Assembly: GCA_024720975.1 (NCBI GenBank)
Contig: JANJXX010000005.1
Location: forward strand, 32,463-96,462
Source: Thermoproteota archaeon
GTDB lineage: Archaea > Asgardarchaeota > Njordarchaeia > Njordarchaeales > Panguiarchaeaceae
Length of the DNA stretch: 64,000 bases
Reading direction: 5' to 3'
The position numbers and the translations under genes are program-made. A model generated the notes under the pieces. The model did no database searches and had not been told where the DNA came from. It was given only the letters and a program-made list of their open reading frames with translations. Below, in pieces: positions 29,661 through 40,077 of the stretch (position 1 is the first letter of the stretch; each line of letters starts with the position of its first letter).

Positions 29661-31643
29661 ATGAATAAAAAGCTCTACACATTTCTAATACCTCTACTTA
29701 CTCTTTACATGGTAATTTTTGCAACGGTGCATGAAGCAGAATTTAGCAACCAATGTTGTAGTCCTATAAGTACAATCCTCCATTCCAATGAAAATCAAAC
29801 AAAGAATATGATTAAAATCACACTTTTTGTAGCACCGGATTCATCTTATGAAGTTCTTAAGAGGCTCTTCGAGATGGCGAATACCTCAGTAGATATCATA
29901 GCGTATGAAATGTGGAGCGAGAACATACTAGACTTGATAAATAAATCAGCCCGGCGAGGTGTAGAAGTTAGGGTTCTACTCGAAAAAGATCCGTATGGAG
30001 GAAGCGAATGGAATTTGAATATGTCTGCAATGCTGTATAAGCTGAAGCTAGAGGGACTTCCAATTGAAGTGAAACTAGAAAACAATGCAACTAGGTATCT
30101 TCACGCTAAAGCTCTTATTGTGGATAGCTCAGTAGTACTAATTACCAGCGAAAATTTTCTACCAACAGCATTTCCTCCGAATCTTACGAATATAGCTTTG
30201 CAACCATATCGCACTGTCTCTAGGGGTTGGGGCGTCGTAATTTTCGACGCAAACTTCGCTGCAGAGTGCAAAAAAGTATTTGATAATTTGTATGTTAATG
30301 AGTCAATTTACTATGATCCAAGTATGGGAGCAGGAGAGAAACCTACCATAACCGGGTATATGTCGTTTTCTCCTGTTTTTGAGGCCAAGGAAGTTCATGT
30401 GAATAATGTTAAATTTGTTTTGTCTCCATCGAATTCTATAACTTTGATGAAGGAAGCCCTTAATCTCGCTAAAAATATGGTTCTTATCGAGCAGATGTAC
30501 ATTATTGAAAGCGATCAAAGTGTATCAGATTTAATAAATATACTCGACCAAAAAGTCGACGAAGGTACGACAGTGCAAATAATTCTAGAGGACAACCCGC
30601 CTGGAAATTATAACAGCACCGCGCAAAGTCTAATCCAACGGGGGTTTCATGTAGTTCCAGCGTTCTACTACGAACCCAAGTTATTTTTGCATAATAAGGG
30701 AATACTAATTGATGACAGGTACGCGTTAGTGGGATCAATTAACTGGTCGGGCTCAGCATTACTCAAAAATATTGAGTTCGCTGCATTAATAGATGGTACT
30801 GAGGCAGCTCTATACTTTAAGAAAGTTTTTGAGTGGGATTGGAACAAAAGCTCTAGTGAGCCATTTGACACAGACTCTGATGGGCTTCCAAATTGTTATG
30901 AACGCGATAATGGTTTAAATCCCTACGAAGTTGATAGTGACTCCGATGGTCTAACTGATTATGATGAAGTGTTTAAATATGGCACAGATCCTAAAACTTC
31001 GGATGCAGTAACCGCAACAATAGAAAACTATACCAACGTAAGTGTTGTACCAAGTAAGAGTATTGTCATAAAATGGTCGCTCAAAAATAGGCATCATGTG
31101 TCTGAAGTATTAATCTGCGTTAATGGAACAGAAGTTCAGCGACTAGATCCTGATAAAACAAATGCAACTATTGAACTTAATGATAGGGCTTGGTCAATGG
31201 TAGAAGTTATACCAAAAGTTACAATACCCGTTAAAGTATTCCCATCGAGGGTAATTATCTACGTAGACTCTCAGCCTCCAGCTCTGGAGATACTATCCCC
31301 GCAGAACAATACTAGTGTAAAGAACAGAAACGTGTACATAAGACTCATTGTAATAGACGATACATCGGTAACGCTCACAATATATTTAAATAGCACTCAA
31401 GTTTACAAGAAGTCGATACAAACAAACATCACTGTGGATATACAAATTCATTTAGACTACGGCTTAAACTTAATAACTATTGTTGCGCGTGATGCTGCTG
31501 GTAATGAAGCAGAGAAACTTCTCTATATCTACACCACACCGGGCGCAGAGACGTTTTTATCTAATATGCTTAGTTTTGTTATAATACTGTTGTTGCTAAT
31601 TGCAGCGATAGTCCTGCTACGGAGAAAAAGGTCGGACTTTTGA
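29661..31643 (+). CDS. Surface-anchored phospholipase D-superfamily protein
   Basis: Signal peptide, two HKD motifs (HAKALIVD, HNKGILID), DxDxDG Ca-binding repeats, Ig-like domain (ARDAAGN), C-terminal TM followed by RRKR. Confidence 0.85.
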   Translation: MNKKLYTFLIPLLTLYMVIFATVHEAEFSNQCCSPISTILHSNENQTKNMIKITLFVAPDSSYEVLKRLFEMANTSVDIIAYEMWSENILDLINKSARRGVEVRVLLEKDPYGGSEWNLNMSAMLYKLKLEGLPIEVKLENNATRYLHAKALIVDSSVVLITSENFLPTAFPPNLTNIALQPYRTVSRGWGVVIFDANFAAECKKVFDNLYVNESIYYDPSMGAGEKPTITGYMSFSPVFEAKEVHVNNVKFVLSPSNSITLMKEALNLAKNMVLIEQMYIIESDQSVSDLINILDQKVDEGTTVQIILEDNPPGNYNSTAQSLIQRGFHVVPAFYYEPKLFLHNKGILIDDRYALVGSINWSGSALLKNIEFAALIDGTEAALYFKKVFEWDWNKSSSEPFDTDSDGLPNCYERDNGLNPYEVDSDSDGLTDYDEVFKYGTDPKTSDAVTATIENYTNVSVVPSKSIVIKWSLKNRHHVSEVLICVNGTEVQRLDPDKTNATIELNDRAWSMVEVIPKVTIPVKVFPSRVIIYVDSQPPALEILSPQNNTSVKNRNVYIRLIVIDDTSVTLTIYLNSTQVYKKSIQTNITVDIQIHLDYGLNLITIVARDAAGNEAEKLLYIYTTPGAETFLSNMLSFVIILLLLIAAIVLLRRKRSDF

Positions 31644-31667
31644 AACACATGTTAAAAATTCGCTAGA

Positions 31668-32840
31668 GTGTGTTTGGTGATGATTCTCGCTATAAAAGAT
31701 CTGACCGTTAGATACAAAGCTACAAGATACTCAATAGCTCATATAAAAGACTCAGTGGCGATGGCTGAACTCTCGAGACATTTTCTTCAAATGGAAAAAG
31801 AGAGTGTGCACATAACATTCATTAACAGAAAGTTTAAAGAAAAAGTGGAACTTCTTTTACGCAAGGAACTAGAGAAATTTAAAAAGACCGGAATAATGAG
31901 CATATACGCACTTAATGGAGTAAATTTGGACGTAGATGAAGGTAAGGTTGTTGCTGTAATAGGTGAGTCTGGTTCAGGAAAATCCACTTTGGCATTAGCA
32001 ATACTAAGAATACTCCCAGAAAATGCTGAAACCTCGGGTGATATAATCTTTGGCGGAGAGAGCCTATTCAAACTCGACGAAGAAAAAATGCGGCTTAAGA
32101 GAGCAAAAGAGTTTGGCTACATTGGACAAGGCAGTTATACGTACCTAAATCCACTAATGGAAGGCGCATTTCAAATATTTGAGTCGTCGCTCGTAGCAGC
32201 TAAGGATTTAGATGAGGCATCAAGGCTTTTTATTGATGCTATAAAAACCGTCAAGCTGGATAGTAGAACTCTACTTTCATATCCTGAAAAACTTAGTGGT
32301 GGCGAAGTTCGGCGAGTCGCTATTGCAATAGCGCTAGCAAAAAACCCTAGATTACTCATTTGCGATGAGCCGTTTAAGGGTATTGATCCATACATGGCAA
32401 TGCAACTTGTCAGCACTCTAAGAGAACTTAAGGAAAAACTTAAGGTAACTATGCTAATACTTACTCATGATCTTCCACTAATGGTTGAAATAGCCGATGA
32501 AATCGCTGTAATTTATCATGGGATAATAGTTGAGAAGGGACCTCTAGATAAGGTGTTCTCAAAGCCTGTACACCCATATACAAAAGGCTTAATAGGTGCG
32601 CTACCTGATATAAGGAATCCTGAAAAGAAGCTTGTATATGTGCCAGGCGAGCCCCTACCTAGAACGATAAGGTATGATTTCTGTCCATTCGCTAATCGTT
32701 GTCCTAGGTCTGATGAAAATTGCCTTGAGATGCTACCAAAGTTGAAGAAAGTGGATGATCGACAAGTAGCATGTGTGAAAGCTGATGAATTTCTTGAATT
32801 ATCCCCGATAGAGTTTTGGGGTCCATATTTGGATCTGTGA
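31668..32840 (+). CDS. Oligopeptide/dipeptide ABC ATPase (OppD-like) with N-terminal insertion
   Basis: GESGSGKS, LSGGE, DEP, THD, HPYTKGL, CPFANRC. Confidence 0.88.
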   Translation: MCLVMILAIKDLTVRYKATRYSIAHIKDSVAMAELSRHFLQMEKESVHITFINRKFKEKVELLLRKELEKFKKTGIMSIYALNGVNLDVDEGKVVAVIGESGSGKSTLALAILRILPENAETSGDIIFGGESLFKLDEEKMRLKRAKEFGYIGQGSYTYLNPLMEGAFQIFESSLVAAKDLDEASRLFIDAIKTVKLDSRTLLSYPEKLSGGEVRRVAIAIALAKNPRLLICDEPFKGIDPYMAMQLVSTLRELKEKLKVTMLILTHDLPLMVEIADEIAVIYHGIIVEKGPLDKVFSKPVHPYTKGLIGALPDIRNPEKKLVYVPGEPLPRTIRYDFCPFANRCPRSDENCLEMLPKLKKVDDRQVACVKADEFLELSPIEFWGPYLDL

Positions 32841-32963
32841 CCTCATGTCTAATAAGAGACATCAAGCGTTTTTTGAGGTTTCTTTAGGTTCCGTCTAATC
32901 ATCAATCCTTAGCAATTTGCTATCTTATATACTGTCCTGTTACTTTATTCTTGAAGAGCGTAA

Positions 32964-33197
32964 ATGGGAGACTTGATGAAAAGTAAAAATCCAGATATAA
33001 ACGCATTTCTTGCAATAATTTTGACATTAATGAGGGTTTCAGAGACCTGGAGTGAAATTCGTGGAAGAGTTGCGGACATGCTAGAAGATGTCATAGATGA
33101 ATTAGACCCCGAAACAGCTGATAGGATTCTATCTATCGCAGAACTTCTAGATAATCTCATACAAATCTTCGAAGGTAGAGTAAAAGCCCAAAAATAA
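32964..33197 (+). CDS. Small helical hypothetical protein
   Basis: 77-aa ORF with upstream TTATAT box. Confidence 0.5.
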   Translation: MGDLMKSKNPDINAFLAIILTLMRVSETWSEIRGRVADMLEDVIDELDPETADRILSIAELLDNLIQIFEGRVKAQK

Positions 33198-33365
33198 CCG
33201 GCTACTTTTAGTGCTGCAACTATTCTATTTCCTATGATCAGTATTTTTTACAATCATTAGAGCTCACCCTGAGCAGTTATTAGCATTATAGAAATCGTCT
33301 AGGATATTTCATATGGGTTCCAGTACTTGAAAATAAGGACACCTTTTTAGTCTAGTTGTTTTATA

Positions 33366-34109
33366 TTGATTACAGGACTGGGATTATCCAGCCATATTCA
33401 TTGCTACAGTAAGGCGTTGATTTTGAAAGCTTTAGTTTATGTGGCTAACAAATGTTTAGTCGGAGCGGGACTCGCTCTTATGATGTTACCTATTGTAGGT
33501 ATTCTAAAATTCTTCGTGACAGAACTCATATACTTCCTGGCGTTGATTTATGTTATAGTCATTTGTATCATGGGGCTTTTATTGATTCTCTCCTCTATAA
33601 GCTTCTATTCCCATGGACGCAGACTTGGCAGCGCTCTCGGTCTCACTTGTGCAATTTTAATAGCAATCGTTGGTTTTGGATATGTGCTTTCGGGATATTG
33701 GACAATGGCCTATATGACAAATCCCAACGAAGCTAGCCAGCTGGGTTTAGGAATCGCAACGACGATAATAAGAACGTCCCTCTTCTTTTATGGTTTTATG
33801 TCTACGTTCTTCTTTTTTGAAACAAGAAGCGGAGAACTAGGCGGCTACGGTGGAATCCTAGTGTTATTTTTCAGCTCATCAACATTCTTTTACGTCTTCT
33901 TCCTAGAATTCATTAGAACCCTACCAGGAGCAATATTTACACTGCTAGCAAGTGTAGGATACGTACTCCAAGGAGTAGCTCTCGATCATATTCTTAGTCC
34001 TCCAAAATTTAAGTATCCTCCACCGAGCAGAAGGAAGTATATTAACCTATTCGGTCCGGCAGTAGGAGAATACTGTCAGAGCCCTGAGCTCTCCAAAAAC
34101 TCAGCTTAG
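33366..34109 (+). CDS. Multi-pass membrane protein, function unknown (start probably later)
   Basis: 6-7 hydrophobic segments. Confidence 0.55.
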   Translation: MITGLGLSSHIHCYSKALILKALVYVANKCLVGAGLALMMLPIVGILKFFVTELIYFLALIYVIVICIMGLLLILSSISFYSHGRRLGSALGLTCAILIAIVGFGYVLSGYWTMAYMTNPNEASQLGLGIATTIIRTSLFFYGFMSTFFFFETRSGELGGYGGILVLFFSSSTFFYVFFLEFIRTLPGAIFTLLASVGYVLQGVALDHILSPPKFKYPPPSRRKYINLFGPAVGEYCQSPELSKNSA

Positions 34110-35366
34110 CCACTTTTTTAATGATGGAGTATTAAGTTGCTTTAGAAGCCAAGATTTTCCTTTAATGTTGATCTCTGTAAGGATTGGTTCCCTTGAAACA
34201 ACAAAGTCAACGCATTCACTAAGATCGCCTAAGAACAAGGGTCCCGAATCTAGTGCTAATCTAATGGACTCTCGTATTTGCCAGTTACCAACGGGGGCAA
34301 TATATTGAGGAGTAATTATTCTTATAGCTAAAACAGCAGCGATACGATTTTGTTTCTTTAACCATTCCAAAACAGAAGTTCTAATCGCGTAATAGCCGCC
34401 ATCCATTCGTGTTGGTTTGCCATCATAGCTTTCATAAATATGGAACGTCACAGGTCTACCAATGCCTTTTAACCAAATAGAACTAGGGAGCCAAATCTCA
34501 AACATTTCCATGGCCCAGTAGTCGTTTGGAATTATGAAAATGTAGTATTTGTTGCCAAGATACTCCCAGTGAAACAAATGGATTTTTGGAAAAGAGGGTG
34601 AGTGCCTGATTCGTGATAAAGCTGAGTTACCGATTATAGAATCAACTGCAGTTATCGCCCATCTTGTCGGGACTAATCTTCTCCTCTCGGCAATTCCTAA
34701 AAACCCTGCTGAAAATATCTTCTGAAGATAGTATACAGATATTCCGTGCTCCCTAAGATAACTCACGGCGTAGGAGGCACAAACACGATCAGTTATTATA
34801 CTCTCAACTTTTCGTGGAATTCTGGAGTTCGTCGCAAGCTCTAGTCTCTCAAGGGGTGCTGACCCGCCAAAAGGTGGTATGTCGAAATCAAGTCTTAGTT
34901 GTATTTTAGGCTCCTTCTTAAGTATAATCTCAACCTCTACGGGGTCCAAACTAATTATGGTTTCACCTAAGGGCTCCTCTATGGAGGGCGGCCTCTTTAC
35001 AATTCTTTGCTGAAATGGATAGAGAGATCGTATCCTTAGATCTAGTATCTGGGAGAAATCAAGTTTCTCCTCAGCCCACTTCTCAGGTTCCCATGGAATA
35101 GAATTAATAGCAGAAATAGGTCCAAGACTGACTTTGGGATATCCGAATTCTCCAACGAGAAACCACTCAGAGTATCCTCCAAGTCGGCGCTTAGAGAGAG
35201 ACTGTACCTCCCGTTTTAGTATCTTTTTCATAAGCATGGGACATACTCTTGCTCCGCAGAGCCTTCTAGAGCCTTTACAGATGACACATAGTACATCGCT
35301 GGATTTTCCCATGAAGAATACCATAGCTGAATGCTCTAAATAGTTCTCCTCTATAATGTAGTACAA
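34101..35366 (-). CDS. nreA: Archaeal DNA repair protein NreA
   Basis: C..CKG.RRLCG..VCP, VG..GYPKV..GP, RRLVPTRWAITAVD, GGYYA, PVG.WQIRE, C-terminal PIP-like SLKKWL. Confidence 0.88.
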   Translation of the reverse strand: MYYIIEENYLEHSAMVFFMGKSSDVLCVICKGSRRLCGARVCPMLMKKILKREVQSLSKRRLGGYSEWFLVGEFGYPKVSLGPISAINSIPWEPEKWAEEKLDFSQILDLRIRSLYPFQQRIVKRPPSIEEPLGETIISLDPVEVEIILKKEPKIQLRLDFDIPPFGGSAPLERLELATNSRIPRKVESIITDRVCASYAVSYLREHGISVYYLQKIFSAGFLGIAERRRLVPTRWAITAVDSIIGNSALSRIRHSPSFPKIHLFHWEYLGNKYYIFIIPNDYWAMEMFEIWLPSSIWLKGIGRPVTFHIYESYDGKPTRMDGGYYAIRTSVLEWLKKQNRIAAVLAIRIITPQYIAPVGNWQIRESIRLALDSGPLFLGDLSECVDFVVSREPILTEINIKGKSWLLKQLNTPSLKKWLS

Positions 35367-35432
35367 ATTTAACTTTATGTAAGCAGATGATGTTGCTGTC
35401 AGGTTGATGATCCTAACCTCTGGTGAATATTT

Positions 35433-36770
35433 ATGAAGAAAGCACTTACAATTGCCGGTGTTGACTCTGGAGGAGGAGCAGGCATAATTGCCGACATAAA
35501 GACATTCTCAGCGCTTAATGTTTGGGGAATGGCAGTCGTTACAAGTGTTACAGCGCAAAATACGACTGGAGTGTATGCTATTCAGGACATATCTCCTGAG
35601 ATTATTAGCGCTCAGATACGAGCAATAATAGGGGATATAGGCTTGGATGCGGCTAAAACTGGTATGTTAAAGACCAGTGAGATAATAAGAACAGTAGCCA
35701 GAGAGCTCTCTGAGGTCGATGTTCCACTTGTTGTTGATCCAGTTATGGTAGCACAAACTGGAGCTCCACTTATGGAACCTGATGCCAAAGAAGTTCTTGT
35801 GAAGGAACTTCTCCCACTAGCATTAGTTGTAACTCCAAACAGATATGAGGCCGAGGCTTTGTCTGGAATGGAGATAAGATCAATTCGAGATGCAGAAAAA
35901 GCGGCGAAGCTTATATGTGAGAAGTATAACCCAGAGGCCGTGATTGTAAAAGGGGGGCATCTTGAAGAGGCAGAAGCAATAGACGTTCTCTATTACAACG
36001 GTGAATACCACTACTTCAAAACTCCTCGATTGAAGACTAAGAATACGCACGGAAGTGGATGCACGTTTTCCGCAGCAATAACCGCTGAGTTAGCAAAAGG
36101 AAAAAAATTACCAGACGCTGTAAAAACAGCAAAAGAGTTCATGTACATTGCCATAAAGTACGGTCTAGCACTCGGCCGTGGAAGGGGGCCGGTTAATCAC
36201 ATGGCGTGGATATATAGAGAGGCCGAGCGATATACAGCTTTAGTAGCGGTTAGAGAGTTTGTAGAAAAATTAGAGTCGCTGAAGGAGATGAATAAGCTAA
36301 TTCCTGAAGTTGGAATGAATGTTGCATATGCACTCAACCACGCTGTGGACAAGAACGACATTATAGCCTTACCCGGCAGAATCAGAGCGACACCACGAGG
36401 TCCAAAAGCGTGCGCTCCTCCCGACTTTGGGGCATCTCAGCACCTAGCATCGTACATCTTGGTTTCTAGGGATTATGATCAGTCGATAAGAGCAGCAATA
36501 AACATTAAGTTCAGTGAGGAAACAATTGAAAAACTTCGTAAGCTGGGACTCAAAATATCATCTTATGATCGCATGAAGGAGCCTCCAGAGATAAAAGCTA
36601 TAGAAGGAGCAACAATACCATGGGGAACAAAGCAAGCAATAGAGGCTCTTGGTGGTCAAGTACCGGATGTTATATATCACAGAGGAGATGTCGGAAAAGA
36701 ACCCATGATAGTGATCCTATGTAGAGATCTAAATAAATTGATGCAAGTTCTTGAGAAAGTTTTGAATTAA
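35433..36770 (+). CDS. thiDN: Bifunctional HMP(-P) kinase / thiamine phosphate synthase ThiDN
   Basis: TIAGVDSGGGAG, TAQNT, DPVM, TPN, THGSGC; ThiN domain IPEVGMN, FGAS.H, GKEPM. Confidence 0.93.
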   Translation: MKKALTIAGVDSGGGAGIIADIKTFSALNVWGMAVVTSVTAQNTTGVYAIQDISPEIISAQIRAIIGDIGLDAAKTGMLKTSEIIRTVARELSEVDVPLVVDPVMVAQTGAPLMEPDAKEVLVKELLPLALVVTPNRYEAEALSGMEIRSIRDAEKAAKLICEKYNPEAVIVKGGHLEEAEAIDVLYYNGEYHYFKTPRLKTKNTHGSGCTFSAAITAELAKGKKLPDAVKTAKEFMYIAIKYGLALGRGRGPVNHMAWIYREAERYTALVAVREFVEKLESLKEMNKLIPEVGMNVAYALNHAVDKNDIIALPGRIRATPRGPKACAPPDFGASQHLASYILVSRDYDQSIRAAINIKFSEETIEKLRKLGLKISSYDRMKEPPEIKAIEGATIPWGTKQAIEALGGQVPDVIYHRGDVGKEPMIVILCRDLNKLMQVLEKVLN

Positions 36771-36802
36771 TTATGAGTTTTTCTTCAAAAAATTTAGGGG
36801 GC

Positions 36803-38275
36803 TTAGCCTTTCCATACAGCTATTGGTGCGGCGTAAAATACTTTCTTGGCAATCTGTGCTGTATGTGCGCTTTCAATAACTTCATGTAAATCCTTGTATG
36901 ACTGAGGTGCCTCCTCGGCAACAACCTCCAAAGATGTGGCCTTAACTAGAATCCCTTTGCTAGCTAGCCATTGGATTACTTGCTTTCCACTAAACCTCCT
37001 CGTAGCACCAGTTCTTGACATCTGGCGCCCAGCACCATGGACAGTTGAACCAAAAACCTCCTTCATAGCGGTCTCTGTGCCTACTAGGACGTAGCTTCCC
37101 TGCAACATATTTCCACCAACTAGTATCGGCTGGCCGATATCCCTATAATCGGCGGGGAGTTCTGGTCTACCAGGTGCAAAACCTCTCGTAGCTCCCTTTC
37201 TATGTACAATAACATCTACACTCGAACCGTCTATAATATGCCTCTCTACCTTAGCAATGTTATGCGCAACGTCGTATAGTAGGTCGAGTTTAACTCCTTC
37301 ACCAAAGATTTTCCAGAAAGATTCTCTAACCCAGTGCATTATCATTTGCCTATTAGCGAATGCGTAATTCGCTCCACACTTCATAGCTGCGAAATATCTC
37401 TCTCCCTCTGGACTCTTAAATGGTGCACATGCTAATTGCTTATCTCGTAATTTGATGTTGTATTTTCTAGCAGCGCTCTCCATAACCTCAATGTAGTCGG
37501 AGGCTATTTGGTGACCGAGACCTCTAGATCCCGTGTGAATCATTACAACGATCTGACCAACTTCTTTGATTCCTAACTTCTTTGCGATTTCCTCATCGAA
37601 TATCTGATCTACGACCTCAACCTCCATGTAATGATTACCAGCTCCTAAAGTTCCGAGCTGTGGAGCTCCCCTCTCCTTTGCTCTTCGCGATACAAATTCG
37701 GCCCTTGCCCCCTCTAATCTCCCATTATCTTCAATGTGTTCTAGGTCTTTTTTAGTACCGAAACCCTTCTCAACAGCCCAATAAGAACCCTCCTCAAGAA
37801 CTTCATCCAATTCCTGAAGGGTCAGTTTAATAACGCCTGATCTTCCCACACCAGCAGGAACGGTTCTCGCCACTTCGTCCAGTAATCGATTGAGTTTTGG
37901 TTTGACTTCATCAACAGTTAGGTCTGTAACGAGCATTCTGACTCCACAATTTATGTCGAATCCTACCCCACCTGGACTAATAATTCCACTTTCGATGTCG
38001 AATGCAGCGACGCCCCCTATAGGGAAGCCATAGCCTGTATGAGCGTCAGGAAGAGCAATAGCCCACTTTACAATCCCCGGAAGTGTAGTTAGATTGATAA
38101 GCTGCTGGATTGCCTCTGGCTCCATGTTTGAAAGCAACTTCTTAGACATATATAGTCTAGCCGGCGTTTGCATGTACGGTCTAAAATTTTTGGGAATTTC
38201 CCATACATTTGGTCTTACTTGTTTCACTTGGTTCCAAAATTCTTCCATCCTTATGTCTAATGGAGGACCTGCCAC
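36803..38275 (-). CDS. rtcB: RNA-splicing ligase RtcB
   Basis: PDAHTGYGFPIGG, GFDINCG, GTLGAGNHY, HTGSRG, HRKGAT, HGAGR, EEAP..YK; GGTGA RBS before GTG. Confidence 0.96.
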   Translation of the reverse strand: MAGPPLDIRMEEFWNQVKQVRPNVWEIPKNFRPYMQTPARLYMSKKLLSNMEPEAIQQLINLTTLPGIVKWAIALPDAHTGYGFPIGGVAAFDIESGIISPGGVGFDINCGVRMLVTDLTVDEVKPKLNRLLDEVARTVPAGVGRSGVIKLTLQELDEVLEEGSYWAVEKGFGTKKDLEHIEDNGRLEGARAEFVSRRAKERGAPQLGTLGAGNHYMEVEVVDQIFDEEIAKKLGIKEVGQIVVMIHTGSRGLGHQIASDYIEVMESAARKYNIKLRDKQLACAPFKSPEGERYFAAMKCGANYAFANRQMIMHWVRESFWKIFGEGVKLDLLYDVAHNIAKVERHIIDGSSVDVIVHRKGATRGFAPGRPELPADYRDIGQPILVGGNMLQGSYVLVGTETAMKEVFGSTVHGAGRQMSRTGATRRFSGKQVIQWLASKGILVKATSLEVVAEEAPQSYKDLHEVIESAHTAQIAKKVFYAAPIAVWKG

Positions 38276-38315
38276 GCTAATCACCGAGTAGAACAATATA
38301 ATTTTGTGAGTTTAA

Positions 38316-38377
38316 ATCTAATAGCATTTGAATTTCAGAATCCTTTCAGAATTTCGTTTAGGATCTAATAGCATTTG
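38316..38377. repeat. 15-bp direct repeat in the divergent rtcB promoter region
   Basis: ATCTAATAGCATTTG at 38316-38330 and 38363-38377, with TTTCAGAAT twice between them. Confidence 0.7.
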
Positions 38378-38553
38378 CTCAAAGCAAGTGAATCCAGCAC
38401 AAAGTATTTGATAATGGCGTCCGAAAATCAGGCAAGCAACATTAATAATTTGCTTTACAGTTATCTCAACTTTAGGTTGCATGGGCTAATTATTTTTGAA
38501 CTCACGAGATTTTTAAATGAAAAATGAAATGTTCATAGTGGTATATACTAACG

Positions 38554-39981
38554 TTGGTGCCTTTATTGAGCGTAAGAGAATTCGCTAGATTTCTCAATAC
38601 TCTGAGCAGCACCTTCTGCTATTATACATCTTTAGTGTTACCATTTGTGATCTTGGGTTTGCTAGCGTATACTAACTTTAATATCAAGCACCCTCTAGTA
38701 CCAGTAACAACATGGGTATGGATTCTCCTACTCTTGATAATTGCTCTGGAGTTTTTAAGTTTGTTGACTGGTAAGATACTCTTTGAGCGAGAGCTAGCCA
38801 ATCTTGCGAAACGAAAGTTAATTCCTATAAGGTCCATGAGAGGAGTAGATGTCGTAAGAAGAAATGTCATGAAAAATTCCTACTCGATTCTGGTCTCCTT
38901 GATACTAATAAGCATAGCATTCGTCTCGTATCTGGGTTCAATACTATACGATTTGATACCACTATTATTTGTTGCTATTGGCTTGGCTTTAACAGTATTT
39001 GGTATAATTCTACTTATACGAAGACCAAAAGTCCCAGTAATTGAGATTGGCGGTCTCCTAGATTTCTATACACCCGTCGAGTTTAAAGTCTATATAGATA
39101 ACATGTTCCAAGACACTTTGTCATCAATACTGGATCCACTATCATACCTTAAGTTTGATGATTGGATTGATTATGTTAGTAACTATCTAAGAGTTCCGCC
39201 AGGAATAGATAAACAAACCATTCTTGAGAGGGCCGTAGAAAAGATATTCCTTATGTATCTCCTCCATGTAGAATTTCCAGAAAAAATAACGAAGGACGTT
39301 CTATATTCTGAAATAGCAGAAACGCTTTCTAATCCCCACGACATTGAAAAATTGAAAAGACCTTCAATTCCTGGTCTATACAGCCCGGCCGACATTGAGA
39401 GGTTCATGAGGAGATTTGTCTCCTTAGCTCCGGAGGTGTCGCTAGCAATTGAAAGAATTTTCCTTACGTTGAGAGACAATCTAACAGAGTTCAAAACCTC
39501 AGAGCTTTACTTTGATGTCATCGCACCAGAAAGCACGAGAGGTCTTGACGGAATAAATATACTCGTATTTCTATTCAATAACTCTGATGAGTATAGAGAA
39601 AAGGCAAGGCCCGTGAAAGTTCATATAATCGCTCCAGGCTTTGAACCTGACAGGATAAGTCTAGATGTCAAACTAGACCCAAAGGGCGATTTCCAAATTG
39701 TAAGTGATAGACTAGAACCCTACTCTAAAGAGGGTGAAGATATCGTAGGAAAGCTTGCTGAGATCCTCCAAATAGGAGATAGCATACGGCTCCGGCTTAA
39801 ACCCTCCAGTTATGGTCTTAAAACAATAACTGTGCTTGTCGAGGATAAAGGAACTATAATTACTTCTAGGCAACTTAGTATCATAGTTAAGAGAGATCTA
39901 GCAGGGTTCTTTAGGAAGATTTTGGGAAGCGGTTCTATGCTAAGCGGAGTCGCGACATTAGTCTTGAAATTATTGTTTTAA
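38554..39981 (+). CDS. Membrane protein with large soluble domain, function unknown
   Basis: Four N-terminal hydrophobic segments, beta-rich C-terminal part. Confidence 0.6.
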   Translation: MVPLLSVREFARFLNTLSSTFCYYTSLVLPFVILGLLAYTNFNIKHPLVPVTTWVWILLLLIIALEFLSLLTGKILFERELANLAKRKLIPIRSMRGVDVVRRNVMKNSYSILVSLILISIAFVSYLGSILYDLIPLLFVAIGLALTVFGIILLIRRPKVPVIEIGGLLDFYTPVEFKVYIDNMFQDTLSSILDPLSYLKFDDWIDYVSNYLRVPPGIDKQTILERAVEKIFLMYLLHVEFPEKITKDVLYSEIAETLSNPHDIEKLKRPSIPGLYSPADIERFMRRFVSLAPEVSLAIERIFLTLRDNLTEFKTSELYFDVIAPESTRGLDGINILVFLFNNSDEYREKARPVKVHIIAPGFEPDRISLDVKLDPKGDFQIVSDRLEPYSKEGEDIVGKLAEILQIGDSIRLRLKPSSYGLKTITVLVEDKGTIITSRQLSIIVKRDLAGFFRKILGSGSMLSGVATLVLKLLF

Positions 39982-40077
39982 CTAGATTAGTAATACAAAC
40001 CCATGCTAAGTACTCCTTACTGATTGATTTTTTAACCAGGATTTGGCTCTTGGAAATAGTAATTAATTCAAGAGTAG

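Noticed and set aside
32840-32910. Minus-strand box C/D-like pattern
   Set aside because: TTGATGA is present but the D and D' boxes are poor and the spacing atypical
35385-35428. Box C/D-like motif upstream of thiDN
   Set aside because: No proper CTGA D box; overlaps the RBS region
38310-38377. Mini CRISPR array
   Set aside because: Only two short repeats, an internally repetitive spacer and no cas genes in the window
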